Shown: positions 1 through 10,323 of the stretch, piece by piece
How the letters are laid out: every line of letters starts with the position of its first letter
Position numbering within the stretch: position 1 is the first letter of the stretch
NCBI GenBank assembly: GCA_032718475.1
Contig: JAUCBJ010007956.1
Coordinates: 1 to 40,708 of the forward strand
Source of the DNA: Nemertoderma westbladi
Taxonomy: Eukaryota; Animalia; Xenacoelomorpha
Length of the DNA stretch: 40,708 nucleotides
Direction of reading: 5' to 3'
Translations under genes and position numbers: made by a program
The notes under the pieces: generated by a model
Databases searched by the model: none
What the model saw: the letters and a program-made list of their open reading frames with translations, nothing else
What the model was told of the DNA's origin: nothing

Positions 1-652
1 CTACTACTTAAATTAACGTTAGAGAGTGGATCGTGTTTAAAGGCAAGTAAAACCCAGTTCATTACTTAGTAGAGTATACTTTATTAGAGCTAACTACTCT
101 AAATTAACGTTAGAGAGTGGATCGTGTTTAAAGGACAGTTAAACCCAGTTCATTACTTAGTAGACTATACTTTATTAGAGCTAACTACTCTAAATTAACG
201 TTAGAGAGTGGATCGTGTTTAAAGGCCAGTAAAACCCAGTTCATTACTTAGTAGACTATACTTTATTAGAGCTAACTACTCTAAATTAACGTTAGAGAGT
301 GGATCGTGTTTAAAGGCCAGTAATACCCAGTTCATTACTTAGTAGAGTATACTTTATTAGAGCTAACTACTCTAAATTAACGTTAGAGAGTGGATCGTGT
401 TTAAAGGCCAGTAAAACCCAGTTCATTACTTAGTAGACTATACTTTATTAGAGCTAACTACTCTAAATTAACGTTAGAGAGTGGATCGTGTTTAAAGGCC
501 AGTAAAACCCAGTTCATTACTTAGTAGAGTATACTTTATTAGAGCTAACTACTCTAAATTAACGTTAGAGAGTGGATCGTGTTTAAAGGCAAGTAAAACC
601 CAGTTCATTACTTAGTAGAGTATACTTTATTAGAGCTAACTACTCTAAATTA
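1..652. repeat. 91-bp tandem satellite, ~7 copies, running off the window start; intronic to CCDC65
   Basis: AAATTAACGTTAGAGAGTGG recurs at 10, 101, 192, 283, 374, 465, 556; an eighth unit starts near 647 and resumes, degenerate, at 907 after an insertion. Confidence 0.97.
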
Positions 653-906
653 CAGATAGGGGGAAAACTGAACGCAATAAAAATTCATCCCTCTCCAGGG
701 GAAATTCGACGCAAATAATAGCTGATTACTCTCAAAAATAAAACTGTAACCAGTTCTATTGTGTTTAGTTTATTGTTTTGGTTAAAATAACGTGCCTCTG
801 TACCCTGTTCCTTTCCCTAAATTGAGAATTTAACATTGAGGCGGGATATTAATTCGCCACGATGGGATTTGCGTCCAGTTTCCCCCCTCCCCCCCCCCCC
901 TGTCTC
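653..906. mobile_element. Non-autonomous DNA transposon (MITE, hAT-like)
   Basis: Imperfect TIRs (CAGATAGGGGGAAAACTGAACGCAA ... TTGCGTCCAGTTTCCCC...CCTGTCTC) and an 8-bp direct repeat CTAAATTA at 645-652 and 907-914. An 8-bp TSD with a CAG start is typical of hAT. Confidence 0.75.
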
Positions 907-1011
907 CTAAATTAACGTTAGTAAGTGCATCGTGTTTAATTATAACTGAATAAACCATTTCCTTTAACATTATATATTTAATTAATTTGTTTTTCTTTGA
1001 ATTATTTCCAG

Positions 1012-1095
1012 GAATTAAAGCGAAAGAAAGTGATGGGAGAACGACTTCTCCGATTTATGGAGATGTGTAGGAAGTTGGAGACAGAAGAAGAGAAG
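1012..1095 (+). CDS. CCDC65: Dynein regulatory complex subunit 2, internal exon (ELKRKKVMGERLLRFMEMCRKLETEEEK)
   Basis: ttccag acceptor, gtaaac donor, phase 0; CRKLETEEEK|VLPFY is the conserved DRC2/CCDC65 C-terminal motif. Confidence 0.9.
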
Positions 1096-1228
1096 GTAAA
1101 CTTCGAATTTTTTTCCTTTAATCTATTTAATCTATTTAATCTATTAATATATTTTATACCAGATTATCTGATTTTATCTTAAGGATATCCATTTATCCTA
1201 AGTTTCGCTTTTTCCATTTTCCTTCTAG

Positions 1229-1411
1229 GTTTTACCATTTTACGGTTCATCACTCACTGACGAAGAGATTAAGGATGTCTCTCTCGCTGAGAACGAACCT
1301 GCCAATGAACCTCTAGCCGAGTTGTTGGCCGAATATAAAGAACTGGATAACTTCTGGTCCCGTTACAATAAAGTTACGCTCGACTCCTTGGCTTTAAATA
1401 AGGAACACAGT
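1229..1411 (+). CDS. CCDC65: DRC2 penultimate exon (VLPFYGSSLT...LDNFWSRYNKVTLDSLALNKEHS)
   Basis: ttctag acceptor, gtaagt donor, 183 nt open in phase 0; NFWxRYNKV motif. Not in the ORF track. Confidence 0.92.
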
Positions 1412-1666
1412 GTAAGTTAAGTTGCTTTTGTAAAGATAATGTACTATCATTAATCTTTAATTAATCTATTATTTAATTAATATTTAATCGATTTAATTAA
1501 GATTGTCTCTGTTTTGGTCAATTTTGATTAACTAACCAAATTAAACCGAATTAAACCAAATTAAACCATAATAAATAAATTAAAAATAAATTAAATATAT
1601 ATGACCTTTAGCGCCACGTTATTATTTATTTACATACGAAGATTTAATTGATATATTGATATTTAG

Positions 1667-1906
1667 ATACTTAACGAAGAGAATCAGAGATTACGTTCCA
1701 TGTTAAAGCAATACTTGGATGGAATTTCGGTTAATGATGAGATTCTTAGTCAGTTCAACCCTCTCTTCGTGGTCAACCAGAAGACAAACGTACCTTTACC
1801 GCCCATCCCGGTCATGGACTCTCGGGTTGCTAGGCAACCAGTAACCGTTATTGAAGCCGCCCACGTTGTCAAGTACAATTCTTCGTCTGGGTTACTGCCT
1901 TCCTAG
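1667..1906 (+). CDS. CCDC65: DRC2 last coding exon ([37 protein letters not shown]...)
   Basis: atttag acceptor in frame with ORF 1700-1906; [12 protein letters not shown]...NPLF.VN motif; stop TAG at 1904-1906. Confidence 0.92.
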   Translation: MLNEENQRLRSMLKQYLDGISVNDEILSQFNPLFVVNQKTNVPLPPIPVMDSRVARQPVTVIEAAHVVKYNSSSGLLPS

Positions 1907-1958
1907 TCGCTATGCCAACCCCCCTCCCTCCCTTACACTATTTTAAATAATATAAACT

Positions 1959-1964
1959 AATAAA
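1959..1964 (+). promoter_or_regulatory. Candidate polyadenylation signal of CCDC65
   Basis: AATAAA 52 nt after the stop codon, in an AT-rich context, so weak evidence. Confidence 0.4.
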
Positions 1965-2366
1965 CTAATACGAGGACTACGAAAATATGTAGGAATAGTA
2001 ATTTAGTAATTTCCGTAATACGTTTTGTTGATTACACACGATTTTATTTGAAAAAGGCTCTTTTTCTCACTAATATTTTTAAAATTGAGTTAATTAATCT
2101 AACTTTTTTTCACTAATTTCCAGAAAATTAGTTAAGAAAAGTATTTTTTAACTAATTTTGCAGAAAATTAGTTAAAAAAGAATTTTTTAAACTAAAACTT
2201 ACTGTACAACTAGCTCAAACAATCTTCCGTTTGTACAGTACCGGTACCGGTACTTGTACACTTTATTTACAAAATAAATTTTGTGAATGAAATATCTGAT
2301 GGTATATGGTATTTGTTTATTATTTCATGAATATAAATTATAATGCTGTAATGTGATAATGCAGTA

Positions 2367-3221
2367 ATGCCTGATTGCAAACGTTGTGGAGAATCTAAAA
2401 CAGCTCTACCTAAGTCGGGAAAATTTTCTGGGATATGCGAAGCCTGTAGGAACCAGGAAACAGATAATCTACAGCAAGCTAATGGTAGACACCCGTCGGT
2501 TTCAGATGGAACCGGCGTTGACGCAGTATCGGTAGCAACCATACCAGTAACCGTTACATCAAATGATGATTTCTGGATAAAACTTCATACAATTCTTGAT
2601 GCGAAATTAACACCGATCAACAATAAACTAGACCTTCAAAGTAAAAAATTCGACGAGCAAGAGAAGAGAATCGCGTCGCTAGAAGTGAAAGTTCAACAAT
2701 CCGATACAAAAATCGAGGAACTAACCATTGACAATAGCAAACTAAAGGAAATTGTCAACGAGCAGCAAAAGATAATCGCTCGGAATGATAAGGATGAGAG
2801 ACTCAAGCACCTGATCTTTAGCGGAATCCCGGAGAAATCCTCTACTCCAGATAAAGAAGTTGTCCGCAAAGTTCTTAATGCCATTGGGTGTAGTGATATC
2901 CAATTCGAACGATGCCGCCGCATGGGTACTCAGGATCTCGGCACAGATTCTCGCCCACGCCTTGTTAATGTGACATTTCGTTTCTGGTCGGACAGAAACA
3001 CTGTCAGAGCAAACTCAGATAAATTAACGTCGATCCCCGATTGGAAACACATACGAATTAAAGCAGATCTCACAAAGCACGATCAAGAAGAGTACAAAAG
3101 ACTGTATGCAAGACGCGATACATTGATTCATCAAGGTGAGATGGCGGAGATTCGGTACAGTAAACTCTACGTTAACAACACAGAGGTGGATCGAATCCGA
3201 ACACCAAATTCAATTTTTTAG
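2367..3221 (+). CDS. LINE ORF1 protein (N-terminal CxxC/CxxC, coiled coil, RRM-like domain)
   Basis: 284-aa ORF with CKRC...CEAC, heptad-rich middle, LIFSGIPE / RRMG / PRLVNVTF / IRIKADLT motifs typical of LINE ORF1. Confidence 0.88.
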   Translation: MPDCKRCGESKTALPKSGKFSGICEACRNQETDNLQQANGRHPSVSDGTGVDAVSVATIPVTVTSNDDFWIKLHTILDAKLTPINNKLDLQSKKFDEQEKRIASLEVKVQQSDTKIEELTIDNSKLKEIVNEQQKIIARNDKDERLKHLIFSGIPEKSSTPDKEVVRKVLNAIGCSDIQFERCRRMGTQDLGTDSRPRLVNVTFRFWSDRNTVRANSDKLTSIPDWKHIRIKADLTKHDQEEYKRLYARRDTLIHQGEMAEIRYSKLYVNNTEVDRIRTPNSIF

Positions 3222-6200
3222 ATAGTGGGTTAGCTTGGCGTAATGCAGACATCAAAACTATATCATGGAATGTTAATGGCGCAAACACATTAAAAAACTC
3301 AGATGTCTCGAACTTTCTCTCAAAATATCACATCATATTCCTCTCAGAAACTCACAGTATACTCAGTCAGCGCACTTTAAACTTGGACAACTTCATTACC
3401 TTAGAATTTCCTGATCTGAACTGTAACACGGGCCACCCAAGGGGCGGTTGCTCTCTTTCCTACCATGTATCCATCAAACCGTTAATAACCAGGATACATA
3501 AATTTTACACTGACTCGATTGAAGTTCGCTTGGCTGATGGTTCATGTTACTTATTTATGTATGTACCACCGCAAGACTCCCCATATTTTAATGAACATTA
3601 CTATGCTTCACTCAGCAATATGATCCTCCAGAATAACTGTTGCGGTATACCAACGATAATCATGGGCGACATAAACTGCCGCTTTGGTGATCTTAATAAA
3701 CTTAAGAATAACCTAAATTACACTCAAAATCCTGATAGTCGCATTAACTCTAACGGTACAAATATGATTAAACTGATGGACGATTGCGATGTAGTCCCAA
3801 TAAACCACCTTAAAACTAAGCGATACACAAATGATGGCGACTTTACTTTCATCAGGGGTGAACTACGCACCCAGATAGATTGGTGTTTATGCAATGATCC
3901 TAGCTACATCAACAGTATCAAACTAATTATATGTCGGGAAAGTCCGCCAGTATCAGACCACTTACCTATATCTCTTATCCACACGGTCGCATACAAAGAC
4001 AATCTCAACTCTGTTCTGGCCGCTATTCTAGACCTAACTCAAGAAAGAAACAATCACAGCAAGAGGCCTAATTTCCCTGCAGAACGAATTGACTCCACTA
4101 TTATGATCAGCACACTCACAAGCATCCTCCCTCCGGTACAATGCCTGCCTAATATGACAATACCAGAGATTGCCTCTGAGTTACAGCGTGCTCTAAAATC
4201 AGCAGCGATGTCTAGTCTAATACGTGACAGAAAATCACTGGAAAACAACAATGCCTTAATAACAACTTCAGGTAGGCTTACCCATAAGCAGGAGAAGGAC
4301 ACCTATTTGAAAAACTGGTCAAACAATGAACTAAAATCCTGGATAGAATGCCTGAATTCAACGGATCCCCGAGTGCTCTGGAATAAAATCGACTACAAAG
4401 GGAAATTAAACCAAAGCAATACAACAGAAAACACAATCCAAATATGCTCTTCGGACTTAGCCAAACACTTTGAATCTCACTTTAGTATAGCCCACGAAGA
4501 ATGCGACTTCAAAGATATTCGAGCCCAATCTAACCCAACGTTGGATAAAGAAATAGCTGCGGAAGAAATAGAAACTGCCGCTTCGAAACTCAACAACAGT
4601 AGCAGCAGCGCAGATGGCCTGTCCGCCAAAACTCTACAGGATACTTTGCCCGCACTGATGCCTTACTTACTTTGCCTATTCAATCTAATATTCTTCATGG
4701 GTCTCGGAGCATACCCAGAGATATGGTTTGGATTACTCCTCGCACTCCCTAAAAAGGGCAAACTTCAAATACCAAACTTTGTGCGCGGAATCACACTGCT
4801 TCCAATACTTGCCAAACTGTACGACCTAATACTCTGTATAAGAATTACGGACTGGATTAAAATACCAAAAGCTCAGACAGCATTTCAAAAGGGCCGTAGT
4901 TGCGTACTACATGTGCTTACTGTTCGAATTCTACTAGATTCCGCTAATCACCAAAAAAAACGGTTATTTATTATACTAACAGATTTCTCGGCCGCATTTG
5001 ACAAAATAAGTAGAAGACAACTATTTATAAAACTGTCACAGCTAGGATGTGGAATAATAATGTTGCGCGCGCTAATGGCCGTCTATCAAACCACAGAGGT
5101 ATCAGTACATCATGGGAATGAATTCTCAATAATCTTCAAACTATTGAGTGGAATTCGACAGGGGGCCCCATCGAGCCCAATTCTTTTCGTGATATATACA
5201 TTAGGTTTAATTAAGATTTTTGATAAATGCAAACCAGAGCAGCTTATTAAGAATATACACCTTCTGATCCACGCTGACGACACCCTACTTTTGGCCGCTA
5301 CTCGTGGTACAGCTATACTCAAACTTAATTTGCTTGAGATATATTGTCATGAGAACTTCATAAAACTTAACCCAAAAAAATGCGCGGTCTTATGTGTAAA
5401 TGAACCGATTGACGAAAACGAACCATTACTGCTTAAACATGGAAAAATAGATATATCTAAATCAGAAATATATTTGGGTTCAACACTTTGTGCTTCCGGC
5501 AGTCTCAGGGATATGTTCACCGCTGACCTCAAGCTGAAGCAAAAACACTTTATAAAATATTATGCCTTCCTTAGAGAAAACATGGCTGCTCCTTTAAAAG
5601 TCAAAGAAAAAGTCCTCGACGCATGCATCGTTAACGGTATTTTATATAATTGTGAGGCGTGGGGTAATGTTAATTTCAACAAACTCGAAGACCAATATCG
5701 AAAAATATTAAAAACGATGTTAGGCCTAAAACGAACAACACCAAACGAATTTGTTTATATCGAGCTTGAACGGCCCCCCATAACCGCTGTTATCAAGGCG
5801 CGTACTTCCTCGTTAGTTAAACGCATTATTTCCAACAAACACGATCACATGTCGGACCCACTGCTTTCCCTTATAGAACACCCCAACAACAACTCTTCAT
5901 TAATAACATACCTTAAATCATGCGCCGATATTCCTGAACCGAAATCGGTAGAAAGGGACGCACTCGATAAGATAAAACAGTCTATAATATCAAAGTCAAA
6001 TAAAGGTAAGACCAAATACTGCACTTATCTTTCCATTAACCCATCGCTATCAAGACCAGCTGCATATGACTCGATGTACTCTTCCGCGGATATAATAGCG
6101 TACTCACGCATTCGCACTAGCGCGCATGAACTTGCCATCGAGAAAGGCAGATACAATCGCCTCCCCAGAGAAGAACGCTTATGTCGATGTGGTGAGATAG

Positions 6201-6379
6201 AAGACGAAGACCACTTTCTCCTCAAATGTCCAGATTACTCCTCAGAACGCGATCTCTTTCTCGGAGGGGAGCAGCACACCATCTCTTCGATTCTCGATAT
6301 ATTTGGCGCACCAACATACGTCAATAAACTTGTTCAAAGTCGTAAACAGAATCGCGCGGTAAATCCACCACCACATTAA
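3176..6379 (+). CDS. LINE ORF2: apurinic endonuclease, reverse transcriptase, C-terminal CCHC zinc finger
   Basis: Frame is open from 3176 (after TAA 3173-3175). APE motifs ISWNVNG, FLSETH, MGDINCR, SDHLPI; RT motifs DFSAAFD, GIRQGAPSSP, HADD, YLG; CRC...EDEDHFLLKC. First in-frame ATG is at 3557. Confidence 0.92.
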   Translation, partial: QHRGGSNPNTKFNFLDSGLAWRNADIKTISWNVNGANTLKNSDVSNFLSKYHIIFLSETHSILSQRTLNLDNFITLEFPDLNCNTGHPRGGCSLSYHVSIKPLITRIHKFYTDSIEVRLADGSCYLFMYVPPQDSPYFNEHYYASLSNMILQNNCCGIPTIIMGDINCRFGDLNKLKNNLNYTQNPDSRINSNGTNMIKLMDDCDVVPINHLKTKRYTNDGDFTFIRGELRTQIDWCLCNDPSYINSIKLIICRESPPVSDHLPISLIHTVAYKDNLNSVLAAILDLTQERNNHSKRPNFPAERIDSTIMISTLTSILPPVQCLPNMTIPEIASELQRALKSAAMSSLIRDRKSLENNNALITTSGRLTHKQEKDTYLKNWSNNELKSWIECLNSTDPRVLWNKIDYKGKLNQSNTTENTIQICSSDLAKHFESHFSIAHEECDFKDIRAQSNPTLDKEIAAEEIETAASKLNNSSSSADGLSAKTLQDTLPALMPYLLCLFNLIFFMGLGAYPEIWFGLLLALPKKGKLQIPNFVRGITLLPILAKLYDLILCIRITDWIKIPKAQTAFQKGRSCVLHVLTVRILLDSANHQKKRLFIILTDFSAAFDKISRRQLFIKLSQLGCGIIMLRALMAVYQTTEVSVHHGNEFSIIFKLLSGIRQGAPSSPILFVIYTLGLIKIFDKCKPEQLIKNIHLLIHADDTLLLAATRGTAILKLNLLEIYCHENFIKLNPKKCAVLCVNEPIDENEPLLLKHGKIDISKSEIYLGSTLCASGSLRDMFTADLKLKQKHFIKYYAFLRENMAAPLKVKEKVLDACIVNGILYNCEAWGNVNFNKLEDQYRKILKTMLGLKRTTPNEFVYIELERPPITAVIKARTSSLVKRIISNKHDHMSDPLLSLIEHPNNNSSLITYLKSCADIPEPKSVERDALDKIKQSIISKSNKGKTKYCTYLSINPSLSRPAAYDSMYSSADIIAYSRIRTSAHELAIEKGRYNRLPREERLCRCGEIEDEDHFLLKCPDYSSERDLFLGGEQHTISSILDIFGAPTYVNKLVQSRKQNRAVNPPPH

Positions 6380-8023
6380 ATGTAAATTTTTTTTTTTTAG
6401 GAATTTACTATTTATTTATTATTTATTCAACTTCTTATTTAGTTAATCAATAACGCTGACCCCCCCCCCCCCCCCCCCCCCGACCCCCGTGCATATTAAT
6501 TATTATCAATATTTATTCACTTAATCAACTGTAATTGTCAGGCTAACCCGCCGCCACATTCTATTTAGTAATTAGCAGTATTTCACTTATTATTTAATCA
6601 ATTCATTTATTTATTATTTATTCAATTGACATTGCACAACCTACTAATGAGCCCATGTATATTAATCATTACCAATATATTATACTTATATTTGTACATA
6701 CTGTACGACATTACTTTATTATCATGATATTTATTAATGACAATTATCAACTACTTTAATTAATTAGTTTACTTTACTGTCTATATTTATAAATATACAA
6801 CGCCTGAATTAATTATTACATTTGAATTAACTTATTATTAACACTATTATGTTTTGGTCCTCATTAATTGTAGAACGATATCTTTCTTAGGACTGTTAAA
6901 TTAGTGTAAATCTATAACCATTTTTAGGACAACTTAAATTCTGCTACATTTGATATATTATGTTTAGTGCTATTTTAACCAAATGATAGTCTATATTATA
7001 CATACATACATACATACATACACTATAACACAGTAGGCCTCGTACTGTAGTACAGCAGTGCATTTGAATACTGAAATTCGGTGATAGTGGATCTGTCTCA
7101 TCCTCAGATCCTACAGAATGGATGATAGCAGTTAGTACCGCACCGGACCTTTAACTTAATCTTAACCTTTATTAATATAAAAATGGGAGTTTTATTTGAG
7201 GCGGCAGACGTTATCCAAGTTTTTTCTGTCTCTTCGTATATTGACTGAATCAGAATTTTTATTTTTGCTTTCAATCTTTTACTTCAAGAGTTTGTAAAAG
7301 GTCTCCCAGTCGATATGTACACGTCGCAGCAGTAAGGTGCGAAATACATGTTTGAGTTGAACTAGGCCCTACTGTAGAGATTGAACCACTAGTATAGTGA
7401 TGTTGATTGGTGGACCTAATATCCTCTCGCTCGTCAACAAGTCTACCCAACCCCACAGACTGTCGAACAAGGCTTCTCTGATGCATTAAATTGTTCCTCT
7501 TTTACGGAGCAATATTATGAATGCCACTGCACTGCTTCTACTACAGGCCTATCCTGAAGTAGAACCCACACAAGTCATCAAGAAAAAACACAGATGGACC
7601 TGACTCTTTCCAAAGCCAAGCCACCCACCCACACCCCCTACCTACGACTTAGACCAATATTCGGCCACCCTCCAACTCTTGACTGAATCAAAATTCATCA
7701 CTCCCAAGGGCAAATCGAACCAAATATCAACTGTTTACTCGAATACAGAAAACTGCAACCTATGCTCTTGAGTTTCCTTTGTTGTTTTGGATAGAATAAC
7801 ATGGGGCATTTTAACCTGCTCCTTTACATTAATTGATAATTTAACATTTAAGCGAGAAATAAATTGGTGATTGTAATGTTATTTGTGATATTTTTCAACA
7901 CCTGTCTCAAATAAGTTGGCCTATACTATCGGTATCAATATAATTATTTTGAAATTTAAATAGTACTGATGTAGCAGTTTGCTTTAAGTATTCGACTTTA
8001 CAGTCCATAGCCTACAGTAGTAC

Positions 8024-8095
8024 AGTAACAGTAGTTGTTATAGTAACAGTAGTTGTTATAGTAACAGTAGTTGTTATAGTAACAGTAGTTGTTAT
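8024..8095. repeat. 18-bp minisatellite x4 (AGTAACAGTAGTTGTTAT), directly 3' of the hormone-like stop codon; also at 14241-14312
   Basis: Four exact units read directly. Confidence 0.95.
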
Positions 8096-8244
8096 CATTG
8101 GCAACTTTTACATCCACATATAGATGCTTCTTCCACGAGCATTTCGTATTCAACTCCAGCGACCTGGTTGTAATTCCCGTTGTAACACTTTCTAAATGTT
8201 AACGTCTTAGTTGACGTTACCAGTTCTTCGCAACAGGAACATTT
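8095..8244 (-). CDS. Duplicate (distal) copy of the last exon of the bursicon-beta-like gene
   Basis: Matches 14312-14461; acceptor ttctag and stop TGA intact. Confidence 0.75.
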   Translation of the reverse strand, partial: KCSCCEELVTSTKTLTFRKCYNGNYNQVAGVEYEMLVEEASICGCKSCQ

Positions 8245-9072
8245 CTAGAATAGTAATATTGGAAATGTATTATATTTGATTCAAGTGATAGATACTTAAA
8301 GGAAGTTCACGCGCACGCGCGCAGTTTACCGCAATCCACTCGCTAAAATAAAATTGGAACGCCATTTGGAAACTATAATTGGTATGATGTTAAGAAAGGT
8401 TGTATTGCCATGGCTGTCTATGCGGTACACTCTCTGGTACACTCTACCGTTGACGGCAATGCATTTGGATAAAATTGGAACGCGATTTAGAAAGCACAAT
8501 GACAGTTGTAATAGTGTAGGCCAGGTAGATTGGCAAGCCACTCAGATAACACTAACCAAGCAGGAATGATTAAACAGGGAAATTTTAATTTAGCGTATTT
8601 TAATGTATAATGTTATTATCCTTTAATCTGTCAAGGAAATACATTAATTTGACGGATCGAATATTAATGTATGTTTCGGGATGTAACCTAAAGTAAGAGC
8701 GTTGTGAAAAGGGGCTGTGACGTCGGAGGGGGTTGGTGGTGTAGTGTGTATGTAGACTCATCTAATATAATGTAATCAATGCTATGAAAATGTGAGTATA
8801 TTGCAATAAAATATGAATATAATCATATAATCACAGCGTTTTGGTTTTCGATTACAGCGCTATGAAAACGCGGTGACAGCGCTGTCAAAGTGCGATCAAA
8901 ATGAGATGTCATTTAAACACCATACTATCACCACGAGTTGTATCTGTGCGAACCGGGCTTAACTTTCATATTAAAAAATTAATGAATTGTAGTTAAGCTG
9001 TTAATGCAACTTTAAAAAATGATGTTGTAATAAGTTGTTCCGAAATGGAAAAAATGAGAAAGCGCGTCACCA

Positions 9073-9150
9073 GGGGTTGAACCAGCGCTATACGTACGTG
9101 TCGGCCTATCAGGCATCTTCAGTAGCGCTAATAGGTTCAGCCACACTCCC
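9073..9150 (-). ncRNA. Degenerate hammerhead ribozyme between Pol III A-box-like and B-box-like motifs (SINE-like)
   Basis: Minus strand TGGCTGAACCTAT-TAGCGCTA-CTGAAGA-TGCCT GAT AGGCC-GACA-CGTACG-TA-TAGCGCTG-GTTCAACCCC: 8-bp stem I, CUGANGA, stem II, GAAA changed to GACA, palindromic stem III, GUA site. Confidence 0.7.
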
Positions 9151-9977
9151 CTGACCCTCGCCTTTCTATTTAATCCACTTCAATTGAACAGGCAGTCAAA
9201 GCTGTGCTTTAACATTGCATCTTTGTTTTTCACTAACTAGCACACAAACAATACTTGCGTTACAAAATCAGCTGCTCACAGGCAGGGCCGCTTTAATTCC
9301 TAGGCTTATAAGGGGTTGGGTGCAATCTTGGACCGCGTCCAACGTTCTCCCGGGACCAACCTTCGCCCGATTGGGGGAAAGGAGCAGGTTACAGACACGT
9401 TAGGTTACTGAGACGAATTTTCTAACCAAAACAATAAACGAGGTTTTTAATAATCATTTTGAGGGTAAAGATTGTTCCGGGCGACGATTGCTCGCGGGCG
9501 AAGTTTGCTGCGTTCCCGGCTGCATCCTATTGGCCCTCTGGCTCTAGGGGACACCAAAATTTTAAATAACCGATGAGAGGGTGAGAAATTCAAAAGTTTG
9601 CCTTAAAAGGCCCGCCCCACTCGGCACCTAACTTTCATTTTATATCCAAAAAGTTTAAATAGGTTCGTTGAAAGTTTTCGCTCGCTTTGCTGGCGTTTGC
9701 ATTCTTCTGTTATATCCTTCTGGCCAAACCATTTTATAATACACTGCATATTGGTGAGAATTTTAAACAAAACCTAAAAAATGCAATACTTAATCACGAA
9801 GAAACATAGTAATTTTTGTCAAAATTTGAGTACCACCTAGGGGCGGGGGTGTCCACAGTGGAGAATAGTCTAGGGGCCTCGATAAGGTTAACACGGTGTA
9901 AATGCATCCCCCAGACGCGCGCGGAATGCCCCCCCCCCCACAGTATTTTCACCCCAGATTTCGAGAGTGGCGGTCCG

Positions 9978-10151
9978 AAACCCTAATTAAAACTGTCATG
10001 TAACCCTAACCCTAAGTCATGAGGCTCTAATCTAAGACATTTTGTGGAATTTCGGATATTCCATGGTCCAAATTTAAAATTTCCACAAAATTTCGTATTT
10101 TAGAACCTCTTGACTTAGGGTTAGGGTTACTGGCAGTTTTAATCAGGGTTT
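9978..10151. mobile_element. Hairpin MITE with telomere-like (TAACCC)2/(GGGTTA)2 in its arms; also at 16195-16368
   Basis: ~75-bp imperfect inverted arms AAACCCTAATTAAAACTG..TAACCCTAACCCTAAGTCA..TTTTGTGGAA and their reverse complement. Confidence 0.75.
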
Positions 10152-10323
10152 TATTTACTTTACGGTTTGGTTTGATTTGAATTACCTGAATTAACCAGTT
10201 TGGTGTGCTGTTTAAAAATGCCTGGGGCTAAACGGCCAATCACATCTTATAATGTTCTGAGCTCCATTCACTACCCTACTGATGAATATTTCCCGTTGCC
10301 CAATGCAATACGGGCAAACACTA

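Larger units (their letters stand above)
2263..7018 (+). mobile_element. Full-length, intact non-LTR retrotransposon (Proto2-like, RTE group)
   Basis: Two uninterrupted ORFs, ~620-nt 3' UTR, (TACA)n tail at ~6999-7018, TACACT duplicated at 2257-2262 and 7019-7024; the empty site is visible at ~13236-13250. Clade inferred from KLSQLGCGIIMLRALMAVY, HADDTLLLAATR and the C-terminal CCHC finger. Confidence 0.9.

Noticed and set aside
997-1182. ORF-track 61-aa ORF as a standalone gene
   Set aside because: It is a CCDC65 exon read through into intron sequence at both ends.
7062-7112. Possible minus-strand hammerhead (CTGAGGA...)
   Set aside because: No convincing stem I or II and no GAAA.
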